Source of the DNA: Candidatus Poribacteria bacterium
GTDB lineage: Bacteria; Poribacteria; WGA-4E; WGA-3G
Length of the DNA stretch: 64,000 nt
NCBI GenBank assembly: GCA_964291315.2
Contig: OZ219753.1
Location: forward strand, 1,952,001-2,016,000
Reading direction: 5' to 3'
The position numbers were made by a program, and so were the translations under genes. The notes under the pieces were generated by a model. It saw nothing but the letters and a program-made list of their open reading frames with translations. It was not told the origin of the DNA and did no database searches. Positions 29,050-39,651 of the stretch are shown here, in pieces. Each line of letters opens with the position of its first letter. Position 1 is the first letter of the stretch.

Positions 29050-29760
29050 CTAGTACAGGCGCTTGATGTGTCCCCACTGCACCAATTTTTGTTGTTTGTT
29101 CGGTTCAAGCCTTGCTGTAAAAATCAAATCGGGAAGAAAATCGTTTTCCTCTGTATAACCCTCTGGACCCCAACCGATCTTATTTTGCAAGTTCCCACCA
29201 TCAACATCGTAGTACGCAATATCAAAGCCGATACTATTCCCTTTTCTTGAAATACTGTCAAGCCGGAAACTCAACTCACAAGTTGTTCCATCATTGCCCC
29301 ATGCCACTCGAGTCAACGGATACTTTAGCGCGTCCATCTCCTTTTGAATCGGAATTTCAAAACGGTAGAGAGCATCCTTTCGCCCAGAGTGGTGTGGATC
29401 TATGTGAAGAATAATGTGATCTTCACGAAGCAGTTTTATTTTACGCGTCTCAAATCGGTCATCCATTACTTTGATAGCAATATAAAGGAAACCGTTCCTC
29501 CAAACCGCTGCAAAGGAACCAATGAAATCAGAGGATTCAGGCAAATACTCTCCCGTCACCAGATCTTTGTCTAATTTTCCAGGTGTCACTTGCTCCCAGA
29601 CCGGATCATCGAGATACCCATCTACGATAGGCGCAACCGAAACAAGATCCGCGTTATATTGAAAATTTTGAAGATTCGCATCCGTGACATGCCCTAATAC
29701 ATAAGGCGCTGTCAGCAGCAGAAAACCGATTAGCGCTAATATATGTCTATTAAGTTTCAT
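29050..29760 (-). CDS. Secreted CBM9-like (sugar-binding/DOMON-like) protein with C-terminal KLxxWGxIK motif
   Basis: Signal peptide; APIVDGYLDDPVW, W...LYIAIKV.DD and IGFDIAYYDVD motifs; GGAGG RBS. Confidence 0.7.
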   Translation of the reverse strand: MKLNRHILALIGFLLLTAPYVLGHVTDANLQNFQYNADLVSVAPIVDGYLDDPVWEQVTPGKLDKDLVTGEYLPESSDFIGSFAAVWRNGFLYIAIKVMDDRFETRKIKLLREDHIILHIDPHHSGRKDALYRFEIPIQKEMDALKYPLTRVAWGNDGTTCELSFRLDSISRKGNSIGFDIAYYDVDGGNLQNKIGWGPEGYTEENDFLPDLIFTARLEPNKQQKLVQWGHIKRLY

Positions 29761-30062
29761 GAATTCCTCCTTTTTAGGATAATTCGCGAGACAGGACTTG
29801 CTAAGACGAAGTCCGCATCTCTCATTTTCTTCAACCTCTCTCGCCAGAGGATTCAATAGTTTTTATGTTGTAATTCTTACCACTGTCTATTGTCAACATG
29901 TGTTGGAAATATCTATTCTAGGGATCATTAACAGTTTTGTTATAACCGCGGCATTACATTAAAAGTATATCTTAAACAAGACGCTTTATGCAATTAAAAC
30001 GCAATTAAAATTACACTCGGCAAATACAAAATGCTTGAATTCATGCATTTTTACAAATTCGG

Positions 30063-30091
30063 TTGAAATCTCGGGCAAAATCTGTTATACT
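30063..30091 (+). promoter_or_regulatory. Sigma70-like promoter of the ftsH operon
   Basis: TTGAAA-17 nt-TATACT with a TG extension. Confidence 0.55.
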
Positions 30092-30149
30092 TTATAATAG
30101 TTTTTGAAATCGCGTTTTCGTCCGAGACCAGATTATAATAGAGAGGCAA

Positions 30150-32072
30150 TTGGTTGTGAATAAAAATACAAGAAGCATGGTGATTTGGTGGCTCGTTATT
30201 GCCGGAATCGTCGTTTTCGGCATCTATCAGCTATTCAACCGCAGAGACCCTGTCTATCAACTGGCAACCTCTGATTTTCACCAGTACATAAAACGAGGAC
30301 CAGACCTATTTGATGGGTACCTGGTTTTAGATCAAGAATGGATTAAGGGACGTTTTCATACAGACAGTCTAACGCAAATTCGAGGCGATATCCTCAGAGA
30401 CGTGCCACCTCAGGAACAAGAAACCCATTTCCCTTCAAATTGGGAAGGCGAATTTAGATCGAGTCGTGACGCAATCGATGACTACGCCCTTCAAGCAAAA
30501 CTTGATGAATACGGGATTGCCTATGATGTCAAACCCCCATCCAAGTTCCCACAGGGATTGATTATCTTCGGGACTACCATCATACCACTTCTCATCTTCT
30601 TAGGGTTGATGATCTTCCTGTCACGCCAAATGCAAGGAAGCGGAAACCGCGCACTCTCCTTCGGCAAAAGCCGCGCAAGACTCCATTCCGAAAATCATAA
30701 AAAAATAACCTTTGAAGATGTTGCCGGCGTTGATGAGGCAAAAGACGCTCTCGAGGAAGTCATCGAGTTTCTTAAAGCACCCAAAAAATTTGAACGCCTC
30801 GGCGGTAGAATCCCAAAAGGAGTGCTATTAATGGGACCCCCAGGCACAGGGAAAACGATGCTAGCACAAGCCGTCGCAGGAGAAGCGGACGTTCCATTCT
30901 ATAGCATCAGCGGCTCTGACTTCGTCGAAATGTTCGTCGGCGTAGGTGCCTCCAGAGTCCGGGACCTCTTTGAAACAGGAAAGAAAAACGCACCCTGTAT
31001 TATTTTTATAGATGAACTAGACGCTGTCGGCAGACACCGCGGCGCCGGAATAGGCGGCGGACACGATGAACGTGAACAAACTTTAAATCAACTCCTCGTT
31101 GAAATGCAAGGATTCGACGCATCCGAAGGCGTGATTCTTATAGCCGCAACAAACCGACCAGACGTGTTAGACCCCGCCCTCCTGCGACCCGGCAGGTTCG
31201 ACCGGCAAATCGTCGTTGATCTCCCCGACGTCCGCGGCAGAGAGGCCATTCTTAAAGTACACACAAAAGAACCTTACAAACTCGCAGAAAATGTCAACCT
31301 GGAAATCCTAGCAAAGGCAACACCAGGATTCTCCGGGGCCGATCTTGAAAATATGGCAAACGAAGCCGCACTCCTCGCCGCAAGGTGCAATAAAGAACAT
31401 ATTGATATGATCTGCTTCGATGAAGCCAAAGACCGCGTACTTATGGGACCCGAACGCCGAAGCCTCGTAATTAGCGCCGAAGAACGACGCGTTACCGCCT
31501 ATCACGAAGCAGGACACGCCCTTATGTTACATTTTGTACCAGAAAGCGACCCTAACTACAAGTGTACAATCGTCCCGCGCGGCAGAGCACTCGGCGTCAC
31601 AGCAAAACTTCCACTCGAAGAACGGCATAATATGAGCAAAAAGCGACTCCTAGCTCACATCATTTTCGCCCTCGGAGGACGCGTCGCCGAAGAAATTATC
31701 TTCGGCGAACAAACAACAGGGGCACAAAACGATTTTGAGCAGGCCACAAGCCTCGCACGACGGATGGTCACCCAATGGGGGATGAGCCACATGGGACCCC
31801 TAACCTTCGGAAGACGCGACGAACAAGTCTTCCTCGGCAAAGAATTAGCCGTCCATCAGGATTACAGCGAAAAAACCGCTATTGAAATTGACAATGCCGT
31901 TCACGATATCGTCATGGAGTGCTACAAAAAAGCATGGGAAATCTTGGAAACCAACCTAGACGGATTGAAGCTGCTAGCGGACGCACTACTAGAACGCGAA
32001 ACACTTGTTACTGAAGAAATTGACGAAATCCTCGGACCCCGACCCCAACTGCCAGCGAAACCGGTCATATGA
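30150..32072 (+). CDS. ftsH: ATP-dependent zinc metalloprotease FtsH
   Basis: Two TM segments, [32 protein letters not shown] and HEAGH. Confidence 0.98.
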   Translation: MVVNKNTRSMVIWWLVIAGIVVFGIYQLFNRRDPVYQLATSDFHQYIKRGPDLFDGYLVLDQEWIKGRFHTDSLTQIRGDILRDVPPQEQETHFPSNWEGEFRSSRDAIDDYALQAKLDEYGIAYDVKPPSKFPQGLIIFGTTIIPLLIFLGLMIFLSRQMQGSGNRALSFGKSRARLHSENHKKITFEDVAGVDEAKDALEEVIEFLKAPKKFERLGGRIPKGVLLMGPPGTGKTMLAQAVAGEADVPFYSISGSDFVEMFVGVGASRVRDLFETGKKNAPCIIFIDELDAVGRHRGAGIGGGHDEREQTLNQLLVEMQGFDASEGVILIAATNRPDVLDPALLRPGRFDRQIVVDLPDVRGREAILKVHTKEPYKLAENVNLEILAKATPGFSGADLENMANEAALLAARCNKEHIDMICFDEAKDRVLMGPERRSLVISAEERRVTAYHEAGHALMLHFVPESDPNYKCTIVPRGRALGVTAKLPLEERHNMSKKRLLAHIIFALGGRVAEEIIFGEQTTGAQNDFEQATSLARRMVTQWGMSHMGPLTFGRRDEQVFLGKELAVHQDYSEKTAIEIDNAVHDIVMECYKKAWEILETNLDGLKLLADALLERETLVTEEIDEILGPRPQLPAKPVI

Positions 32073-32893
32073 TTTGTCGCGGGAAAACACTTACTTTAGG
32101 TACAAATACACACGTGATGGGCATCTTGAACGTCACACCCGACTCCTTTTCTGATGGCGGGAATTACCTTGATGTCCAAAAAGCAATCGCACATGCTGAA
32201 ACCATGGTCACCCAAGGCGCTACCCTCATCGATATAGGCGGCGAATCTTCGCGCCCCGGGGCACCATCCATATCGGTCGACGAAGAATTGGCACGAGTAA
32301 TCCCCGTGATTCGTGCGCTCGCTGACGCTCTTGATGTTCCACTCTCTGTTGATACCCGGAAAGCAAAAGTGGCACAGCGCGCTCTTGAAGTTGGAGCCCA
32401 TATTGTTAATGACATCACCGCACTATCTGGCGATCCAGACATGCCAACAATCATCGCTAAAATGGAAGCAGGGGTTGTTCTCATGCACATGAAGGGAACA
32501 CCGCGCACAATGCAGCAGGCCCCAGAATACAACGATGTCGCTAGCGAGATTTTTGCATGGCTTGAAGAAAAGATACGAAACGCTGAAGCACAAGGAATCG
32601 ATCCCGAACGCATTATGATTGATCCCGGTATCGGTTTTGGCAAAACCACGGAACACAACCTTGAAATTCTCAAGCGCCTCTCCGAATTTAGAGCATTGAA
32701 CAAACCACTGCTCATCGGAACTTCACGGAAGTCTTTTATTGGAAACGTTTTAGGATCTCCGGTGACCGAACGCCTCGACGGCACAATTGCAACAGTATGC
32801 TGGGCAATTGCACACGGAGCAGACATCGTGCGCGTCCACGACGTCAAAGCAAACGTTCGAGCTGCACAAATGACAGATGCTCTCTATAGATAA
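32069..32893 (+). CDS. folP: Dihydropteroate synthase
   Basis: MGILNVTPDSFSDGG, DIGGESSRPG, DPGIGFGK, SRKSF and RVHDV motifs; classic ftsH-folP order. Confidence 0.97.
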   Translation: MICRGKTLTLGTNTHVMGILNVTPDSFSDGGNYLDVQKAIAHAETMVTQGATLIDIGGESSRPGAPSISVDEELARVIPVIRALADALDVPLSVDTRKAKVAQRALEVGAHIVNDITALSGDPDMPTIIAKMEAGVVLMHMKGTPRTMQQAPEYNDVASEIFAWLEEKIRNAEAQGIDPERIMIDPGIGFGKTTEHNLEILKRLSEFRALNKPLLIGTSRKSFIGNVLGSPVTERLDGTIATVCWAIAHGADIVRVHDVKANVRAAQMTDALYR

Positions 32894-32897
32894 AACG

Positions 32898-33290
32898 ATG
32901 CACCACCAAAAAATTCAGGGAATCGGTATTGATATTGTTGAGGTCCAACGAATCCGAGAAGCCTCCCAACGGTGGGGGAAACGTTTTGAACAAAGAGTCT
33001 ACACGAAGCAGGAATTGGCCTATTGTGGTAACACAACAACCCGATATTGGCGCCTCGCCGCACGATTCGCTGCCAAAGAAGCAGCACTTAAAGCACTCGG
33101 CACCGGTTTGATAACCGGCATGCGTTGGCACGACGTAGAAGTCCAAGCAAATGCCCTCGGCAAACCGGAACTCATCTTACATGGTGAAGTCCAACGGTAC
33201 GCCAAACAACATCATATCAGCTCGATATTTGTCTCTATGTCCCATACAAATGCTTACGCTGTAGCACAGGTAACCCTTTGTTCTGATTAA
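32898..33290 (+). CDS. acpS: Holo-ACP synthase
   Basis: GIGIDIVE, ARFAAKEA.LKALGTG, GKPEL and SMSH motifs. Confidence 0.96.
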   Translation: MHHQKIQGIGIDIVEVQRIREASQRWGKRFEQRVYTKQELAYCGNTTTRYWRLAARFAAKEAALKALGTGLITGMRWHDVEVQANALGKPELILHGEVQRYAKQHHISSIFVSMSHTNAYAVAQVTLCSD

Positions 33291-33356
33291 ATTGGTATAC
33301 AGCCCTGGCCCAACCTCCACATTTTCACAATGTTAAGGTCTGATGTGAGGTAAAAT

Positions 33357-34454
33357 GTGAAATACATTCACAGTTTGATCGCTTTTCTGCTCTATTTTTC
33401 GGTTTGCAGTAACAGTATTGCGTCGGTGGACACAAGAGCAACAGCCGATGGATTCCTCAAACACCTCGTTGGCGCTGAATATCACGGAATGGGCGGCAGT
33501 TTCGCGGCGGCAGCCCGCTCAGCAGATGCCCTCGGCAGCAATCCTGCAGGTATCAACGCATCACAAGGAAACAGATTTGTTCTTCATACAATCCGTTTTC
33601 CGCGAACAATTGCATACATCTCTAAACCGAACCTTGACTCTAATTATGAAGACTACAGCCAGTTTGAACAGCGCGCCTCTGGCATTGAAATGCTCAATTG
33701 GGTGGCACCAATCGGTAAATTCGGCACGATTGGGTTAGCAATCGCTTTCGGGCAAGAGGGCGGCTTCCGGCGCGTCAACTATCTCGGAAAAGCAATCAAC
33801 AGTTTCCCGCAAAACAATCTCGCTGTTGGCTTCGGCTACGCTCTAAACATCCTTCAGAACACAGCTATCGGAGGTGACGCGAAATGGCTCCGTTCAAAAG
33901 TAACAGATGTTGACGCTAAAGAACACCTTGGACACGGTTACGCTTATAACGTCGGTATTATTCAGCGATTTAGCAGCGGAATTCAGATCGGCATCGCAGT
34001 GCGGAATTTAAGCAATGGACTCTCTTTTTCTAACGTTGATATTCCCGATAGAATAGAACGGACAATTGTTGCAGGTGTCGCCTATCACCGCGAGATGTCA
34101 GATGTATCGCTGCGTCTCGGCTTAGATGCCCGCCCGCCCTTCCGTAATGGCGTTCAAGCAAGCGCAGGCGCTGAAATATGGTATAAAAACCGGATCGGTG
34201 GTAGAATCGGATATCTCATGCACACTGAAAAACGCTACGCCTCTGTACTTCTACTCCAAGGCGCTTCGTTTCAAACACAAGAACGACTCTGGGAAGCAGA
34301 AGGAATATGCTACGGTTTGGGGATCCGATTCGGTAGTATCACACTAAATGCCGCATATACGCCACAATTCGAACCTACGGTAGTCGGGGCAGAACGACTT
34401 CATACCGTCCAAGGCGATGCCATTTACACCCTTTCAATCGGACAAGCCTTTTAG
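33357..34454 (+). CDS. PorV/PorQ (UPF0164)-like outer-membrane beta-barrel
   Basis: Signal peptide; GMGGSFAA...DA..NPAG plug motif; alternating beta strands; terminal Phe. Confidence 0.65.
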   Translation: MKYIHSLIAFLLYFSVCSNSIASVDTRATADGFLKHLVGAEYHGMGGSFAAAARSADALGSNPAGINASQGNRFVLHTIRFPRTIAYISKPNLDSNYEDYSQFEQRASGIEMLNWVAPIGKFGTIGLAIAFGQEGGFRRVNYLGKAINSFPQNNLAVGFGYALNILQNTAIGGDAKWLRSKVTDVDAKEHLGHGYAYNVGIIQRFSSGIQIGIAVRNLSNGLSFSNVDIPDRIERTIVAGVAYHREMSDVSLRLGLDARPPFRNGVQASAGAEIWYKNRIGGRIGYLMHTEKRYASVLLLQGASFQTQERLWEAEGICYGLGIRFGSITLNAAYTPQFEPTVVGAERLHTVQGDAIYTLSIGQAF

Positions 34455-34470
34455 AAGCGCGGGGATGCGA

Positions 34471-35064
34471 ATGTCTGACGAATACAGAACAGTGACAGGA
34501 ATTGCTTACGCACATCATGTTGAGAAAAAATCGAGGTTTTTTGCTGAGGCAACCACTGCAAAAACGAAGGTAGCAGTGAAGTCCTTCCTCACTGAAGTCC
34601 AGAAACGTAACCCACGAGCCTCACACTACTGTTACGCTTACAGTATCAGTAAGCAAAACGCCCGACAAGAATACGCCACGGATGCAGGAGAACCGACATA
34701 CTCGGCGGGCCCCCCTATACTGGCCGCTATTCTTGCTTTTGATTTGTGTAATACCGTCTGCGTTGTCGCCCGGTATTATGGCTGCATTAACCTCGGTGTA
34801 GGCGGATTAATCCGAGCTTATGGACGATGCGCAAGAGAATGCCTCGAAAATGCCACCATCAAAACCGAGGTCTTTTATCAAAATTTATGCTTGGAAGTTA
34901 ATTACTCAACAATTGGTACCGTTATTACGCTGTGCAAACGATCAGGCGGAAAAGTAGTAAACATCAAATACAACCCGGATCCAATTATTGAGGTTCAGAT
35001 CCGGCAAAGCGCTCTTGAAAATTTCCAGTCACGACTTCACAGGATTGGAGTCATAACACAATAG
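34471..35064 (+). CDS. YigZ/IMPACT family protein
   Basis: KKSRFFA, ASHYCYAY, DAGEP..AG and VVARYYG.INLGVGGLIRAY motifs. Confidence 0.92.
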   Translation: MSDEYRTVTGIAYAHHVEKKSRFFAEATTAKTKVAVKSFLTEVQKRNPRASHYCYAYSISKQNARQEYATDAGEPTYSAGPPILAAILAFDLCNTVCVVARYYGCINLGVGGLIRAYGRCARECLENATIKTEVFYQNLCLEVNYSTIGTVITLCKRSGGKVVNIKYNPDPIIEVQIRQSALENFQSRLHRIGVITQ

Positions 35065-35112
35065 GTACCTATTTGCTCAGATGTAAGACTAGGTACGTCG
35101 GAGGAATTCGTA

Positions 35113-35553
35113 ATGAGCAATATACAAATAAAGTATACAACAACACATGAGTGGGCTGAGATTCTCGATTCACAAGAGTGCAGCATCGGAATTACCGAAC
35201 GTGGTCAAGAACTCTATAGCAACGCCGTTTTTATCGAATTGCCGGATCTACGTGAATTCGAACAAAATGAAATTATGGGATGTATCGAAACTTCTGACGG
35301 CAGGAATTTCTATATCCATGCCCCAATAAGCGGCGAGGTATATGAGGTCAACACCGCTCTCGAAGATGATATTGACCTTCTCAACCGATTCCCGGAAGGC
35401 GACGGTTGGATTTGTAAACTCCACATTGAGAATCAGAGCGAGATAGAGGGACTCCTCACGCTGCAAGAATACATGCTGTATGAAGAAGATGAACTCAATG
35501 AAGAGGAGTACCTGCCAGAAACTGATTTCTATGAACACATTGAAGACTATTAA
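35113..35553 (+). CDS. Glycine cleavage H-like protein (lipoyl-lysine absent)
   Basis: KYTTTHEW, IGIT, FIELP, APISGEV.EVN and N..PEGDGWI motifs; the ESVK site is replaced by ETSD. Confidence 0.8.
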   Translation: MSNIQIKYTTTHEWAEILDSQECSIGITERGQELYSNAVFIELPDLREFEQNEIMGCIETSDGRNFYIHAPISGEVYEVNTALEDDIDLLNRFPEGDGWICKLHIENQSEIEGLLTLQEYMLYEEDELNEEEYLPETDFYEHIEDY

Positions 35554-35697
35554 ACATAGGATTATCGCATTAGCAATTTATGAGCCCTATCCTAGCAGAC
35601 TGCCCTACGGAGGAAGTGGAGACCGCATTCGCTAATCGCAATATTGATCCACTGTCCGAACGAAGAAACCTATGATTAAGTCCCAAAAAGGAAAACT

Positions 35698-36537
35698 ATG
35701 GCACAGATAGAAAAAATTAGAATCGGGCACAGCCCCGATTCTGACGATGCATTTATGTTTTACGCCCTTGCAAAAGGCCTAATCTCAACAGAACCTTATG
35801 AAATCGTCCATGTTATCGAAGATATTGAGACTTTGAATCAACGAGCACTTGCTGCCGAGCTAGAAGTTACAGCAATTTCTGTTCACGCTTACGCTTACGT
35901 CGCTAAAGACTATACACTTATGCCATGTGGAGCAAGCATCGGAGATCGCTATGGGCCAATTGTCGTTGCTAAAACACCAATGGACACCCTTAAAGGGAAA
36001 CGCATCGCTATCCCAGGCAAAATGACAACTGCCTACCTTACTTTAAGCCTCTTTGAATCCAATTTTGAGGCAGAGACCCGCCCCTTCGATAAAATATTAG
36101 ATGCCGTACAACAGAATGAAGTCGAAGCAGGTCTTATTATTCATGAAGGGCAGCTGACTTATGCCCGCGAGGGACTCCATAAAATTATCGATTTAGGAGA
36201 GTGGTGGTATGAGGAAACTGGACTTCCTTTACCCCTCGGGGCCAACGTGATACGCCGCGACCTCGGCACGGAAAAAATTCGCCAGATAACAACACTGCTC
36301 AAACACAGCATTCAGTATTCATTAGAGCATCGAGCACATGGATTGGAATACGCGATGACCTATGCTCGAGATATGGAGACAGCACTCGCAGACAAATTCG
36401 TCGGGATGTACGTAAATGATTACACGCTCGATTATGGTGAGAAGGGGCGCGCTGGAGTCCGAGAGTTGCTCCACCGCGGCAATAGCGCAGGTATCATTCC
36501 ATATCCTGTAGATGTTGACTTTGTCACACTAGACTAG
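35698..36537 (+). CDS. mqnD: MqnD-family 1,4-dihydroxy-6-naphthoate synthase (futalosine menaquinone pathway)
   Basis: HSPDSDDAFMFYAL, DIETLN, IPGKMTTA, IIHEGQ, DLGEWW..TGLPLPLG and MYVN motifs. Confidence 0.85.
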   Translation: MAQIEKIRIGHSPDSDDAFMFYALAKGLISTEPYEIVHVIEDIETLNQRALAAELEVTAISVHAYAYVAKDYTLMPCGASIGDRYGPIVVAKTPMDTLKGKRIAIPGKMTTAYLTLSLFESNFEAETRPFDKILDAVQQNEVEAGLIIHEGQLTYAREGLHKIIDLGEWWYEETGLPLPLGANVIRRDLGTEKIRQITTLLKHSIQYSLEHRAHGLEYAMTYARDMETALADKFVGMYVNDYTLDYGEKGRAGVRELLHRGNSAGIIPYPVDVDFVTLD

Positions 36538-36605
36538 CCATCTATTCTGTCTCCAACAAGCGAGGCACATACATCGCGCCCTGTTTCTTCGCAAAGGGAA
36601 CCACT

Positions 36606-36833
36606 ATGGATGCAAAACGCCGCAGATACTTCCATTTAGAAAATGTTAACGCCGAGAGACTAGCCTACGGTGTCCTCTATGACGAGGGAAATGTACAAAT
36701 CCTATGGCGAACCGACCAAGGGTACACAGCAGAACAATATTCATCTCTTACATTGGCCCTGGGCATGATGAAGGACATTGCTGTCCTTCGTTTTGAAGAT
36801 AACCGTAGAAAAAATAAAAACACAAGCACATAG
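36606..36833 (+). CDS. Small hypothetical protein
   Basis: 75-aa ORF with an AAGGG RBS, co-oriented after mqnD. Confidence 0.55.
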   Translation: MDAKRRRYFHLENVNAERLAYGVLYDEGNVQILWRTDQGYTAEQYSSLTLALGMMKDIAVLRFEDNRRKNKNTST

Positions 36834-36852
36834 TAAAAGTACCAGCGGGGTT

Positions 36853-37725
36853 CTAACGTAGTCTTCGATCCGCTAATTTGATAATCTCGCCATTTTCCTG
36901 TGCAATATACATATACCCCAAACCATCTAACACAACGCCCTCTTGCTCATCGCCCGGTAGGAGGTATTGCGCTAAAATCGTGCCATCCCGTTTAAGTTCA
37001 ACTAGCAAATTGCTCGTATCACTGACTAACACGAGACAGTCGCCCTGCGCATCATAAGCCAACCCTGAAATATCAATGAAGTTCATTCGATAGACGTTGA
37101 TAATCATGCCTTCTGCCTCGCGCGACTTTCCAGAACGGAGCGGAACCACCACCTCACATACAACTGAAGGTTCATCCTCTGGTTTGAGACTAAAAGATTG
37201 GTTACCAACCCAAAAAGTCCCACCTTCAGGATGCAAAGTATCACGCACAAAGGCGATCGCTTCGATACCCATACCACCTTTTTTTAAGATATGTTCGCCC
37301 TCAAAAGTCCTGTTAATTTTGAACTCTCTCTGAATCGTTAATGTTCCTACATCTAGCTCTAAGATTATCTCGTCGCCTTCCACCGCGGCATAAAGCATAC
37401 CCGTATCCGGATCCACAGTAATCCCTTCAATGTCGCGCTCGCTCAGCTCTTTTGATTGAACAAGCATACCATCTAACCCAACTTCATGAACACTCCCTGA
37501 GTCATCAGCGATAAATAGAGTCCGGCGCGCCGAGTGATAGGTAATACCAGAGGGTTCAGCAATTTGCGACCTTGTAATATTACCTACCCAACTATACGGA
37601 AGCGCAACCGGACGCGAAACCGCTACACCTTTCGTTACGGAGTCCTCCATTTGGATAAGAAAATAAACGAGACCGACCCCGATACCAATAATAAAAATGA
37701 TTAAGAGCACACGTTTATAGGACAT
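36853..37725 (-). CDS. SdiA-regulated/YjiK-like beta-propeller protein with N-terminal anchor
   Basis: EPSGITY, DIEGIT, GIEAIAF, DISGL and QEGVVLD repeats; start placed at ATG 37725. Confidence 0.75.
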   Translation of the reverse strand: MSYKRVLLIIFIIGIGVGLVYFLIQMEDSVTKGVAVSRPVALPYSWVGNITRSQIAEPSGITYHSARRTLFIADDSGSVHEVGLDGMLVQSKELSERDIEGITVDPDTGMLYAAVEGDEIILELDVGTLTIQREFKINRTFEGEHILKKGGMGIEAIAFVRDTLHPEGGTFWVGNQSFSLKPEDEPSVVCEVVVPLRSGKSREAEGMIINVYRMNFIDISGLAYDAQGDCLVLVSDTSNLLVELKRDGTILAQYLLPGDEQEGVVLDGLGYMYIAQENGEIIKLADRRLR

Positions 37726-38166
37726 TCGCCAATCCCGTTTCTCCGTTGTAAGACTTCTAACCTCGGTTAAATGCATCAAGGCACTCTCTGCAAAATTATG
37801 CTTGTAATATATCATGTTCCGCACCATTAAGCAACAAAAACGGGACAATTGCAGCACCATTGATTTTCTTTAACAGGACTTCCGGTTATGAAGATCTCTT
37901 TTCTGGATGGCCGAATTGGAAAACTAGATAACCTTATGATACGCAAGAGGCATAGGTTTCCAAAAACTATTTTCCCTTGACAAACTGCCTGTGATAATTG
38001 TATTTTAATTTAACTCACAATTTGATCGGCCAGCAATACAATAATGTTTTGCTGGCAAATCAACGTTTTCACACCTAGGAGAGGTCAGTGCTTTCTGATA
38101 GCACGCCTGAAACCGAAAACCGTATGTCCGAACTCGTATAGGGGATACGATAAGCAAGGATCGGTT

Positions 38167-39582
38167 ATGACTAACATGCCGAGGCTCGTCGTTGAAGTCT
38201 TTGAACATGTGAATTTTCAAGGACGCAAAGTAACGCTCATTAAATCGGTGCCAAATACTGGAGAGATTGGTGCACAAGACATTATCTCCTCAGTTAAGAT
38301 TTATAAAGGCCCTGGATTTAACGCGTCTCCGAACTATAAAGCGATCTTTCACGAGCATGAAGACTATAGAGGCCGCAGACTTGTACTCCCCCCAGGGTTC
38401 TATCCGAATATTCATGATATCCCTTACAATTTTGGAGACGCTATTACGTCTATCAGCTTTAGTCCATCCGCACATCCAACCCCGCCAGAGTACGGGGCTG
38501 TGCCGGTTATTATCGAAGTGTTTCGTGATGTCGACTATAGTGGGCAACGCAGCGTTATCATGCGCGACGTCAGTTCGATGTTTGACATCGGTATGAACGA
38601 TACGGTTTCGTCCATCCGTATCCAGCGGGGACCCAGTTTCCCCTTCAGCGGATGTCATGTTATCTTTTATGAACACGTCAATTTTGAAGGGCGACGCCTG
38701 AACCTAAATTTAAGCTCGCGGGAATTCCAATTAGCACTTCCCAAGCTTAGAGATCTCCCGCATCAGCAATCATTTTCGGATATCATTTCGTCTATAAAAA
38801 TTGTTCCGTTAGGAGTATTCCGAGTCCTAGTTGTCGTTGGGGATAAACGGACAGGAGAGCCCGCCGTATTAGAATCGCTTACCACAATTGAAGGACTAGA
38901 ATTCCAATTCACGACCGTTCATGTCAACGACAACCCCGACAATTATGGCGACCCTAACAATGCTATCAAACTTTCAAGCATCACGCTTTCAGATTATGAT
39001 ATTCTCTGGTTTACTTGGAACGCACCAGGACATGACGGGGCATATTTCATCGAAGACGCGGATCAGGCAATCCGTGACTTTGTACGTAAAGGCGGAATCG
39101 TCTGGGCCTCAGCAATGGATAACAATATCATACCACCCGATGGCGTCCATACTACCGAACCCCAATGGCGCGGGGACTGGCTGCCAGTCAACCGGCACCC
39201 GTTGCGTGTTGTTAACTCCAACGATAGCAACGTTCAAGTTACCGGGGATGGGCAAAAAACCGGACTGTTTACCTGGCCCCATAAAGTTAATGTAGATACA
39301 CTTGTAACCGACGATCATTGGATAACAGAAGACAAAAGCTATCGAAAATTAGCAGTCAGAGAAGATAACGGCGATGCAGCAAGCCTCCAATTACAATGGG
39401 GCGAAGGCCATTATGTCACTTTTGCTGTAGATACTCGCGACGCCTATCGCACAACGATAGCCAAACCACTCATTGAGAATGCGCTGTGTTATTTAGCGAA
39501 CCTCGCATGGCAGACTTCTCCTCGTCAACCGCTCAAGGGGCGATACCGGACGCACCTCAGCAGCGATACAATCTTCCGGTGA
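38167..39582 (+). CDS. Beta/gamma-crystallin (Protein S-like) repeat protein with a C-terminal alpha/beta domain
   Basis: Four Greek-key motifs (FEHVNFQGR..DIISSVKI, HEHEDYRG..DAITSI, FRDVDYSG..NDTVSSIRI, YEHVNFEG..DIISSIKI); C-terminal DFVRKGG segment resembling a GATase fold. Confidence 0.8.
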   Translation: MTNMPRLVVEVFEHVNFQGRKVTLIKSVPNTGEIGAQDIISSVKIYKGPGFNASPNYKAIFHEHEDYRGRRLVLPPGFYPNIHDIPYNFGDAITSISFSPSAHPTPPEYGAVPVIIEVFRDVDYSGQRSVIMRDVSSMFDIGMNDTVSSIRIQRGPSFPFSGCHVIFYEHVNFEGRRLNLNLSSREFQLALPKLRDLPHQQSFSDIISSIKIVPLGVFRVLVVVGDKRTGEPAVLESLTTIEGLEFQFTTVHVNDNPDNYGDPNNAIKLSSITLSDYDILWFTWNAPGHDGAYFIEDADQAIRDFVRKGGIVWASAMDNNIIPPDGVHTTEPQWRGDWLPVNRHPLRVVNSNDSNVQVTGDGQKTGLFTWPHKVNVDTLVTDDHWITEDKSYRKLAVREDNGDAASLQLQWGEGHYVTFAVDTRDAYRTTIAKPLIENALCYLANLAWQTSPRQPLKGRYRTHLSSDTIFR

Positions 39583-39651
39583 TTTTTTTGTAGGCACCCT
39601 CGCATAAGGCGTACCAGTGCCCTCGTTCCACCCCATTATTAGGAGAATTGA

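Noticed and set aside
32164-32847. Long antisense and alternate-frame ORFs in the track (e.g. 32164-32847, 40312-40893, 41352-41963, 27124-27609)
   Set aside because: They shadow well-supported genes and lack motifs and RBSs.
35554-35697. Riboswitch upstream of mqnD (and similarly in the 45540-45690 leader)
   Set aside because: Some pairing potential but no conserved aptamer motif recognised; an Rfam/Infernal scan would be decisive.
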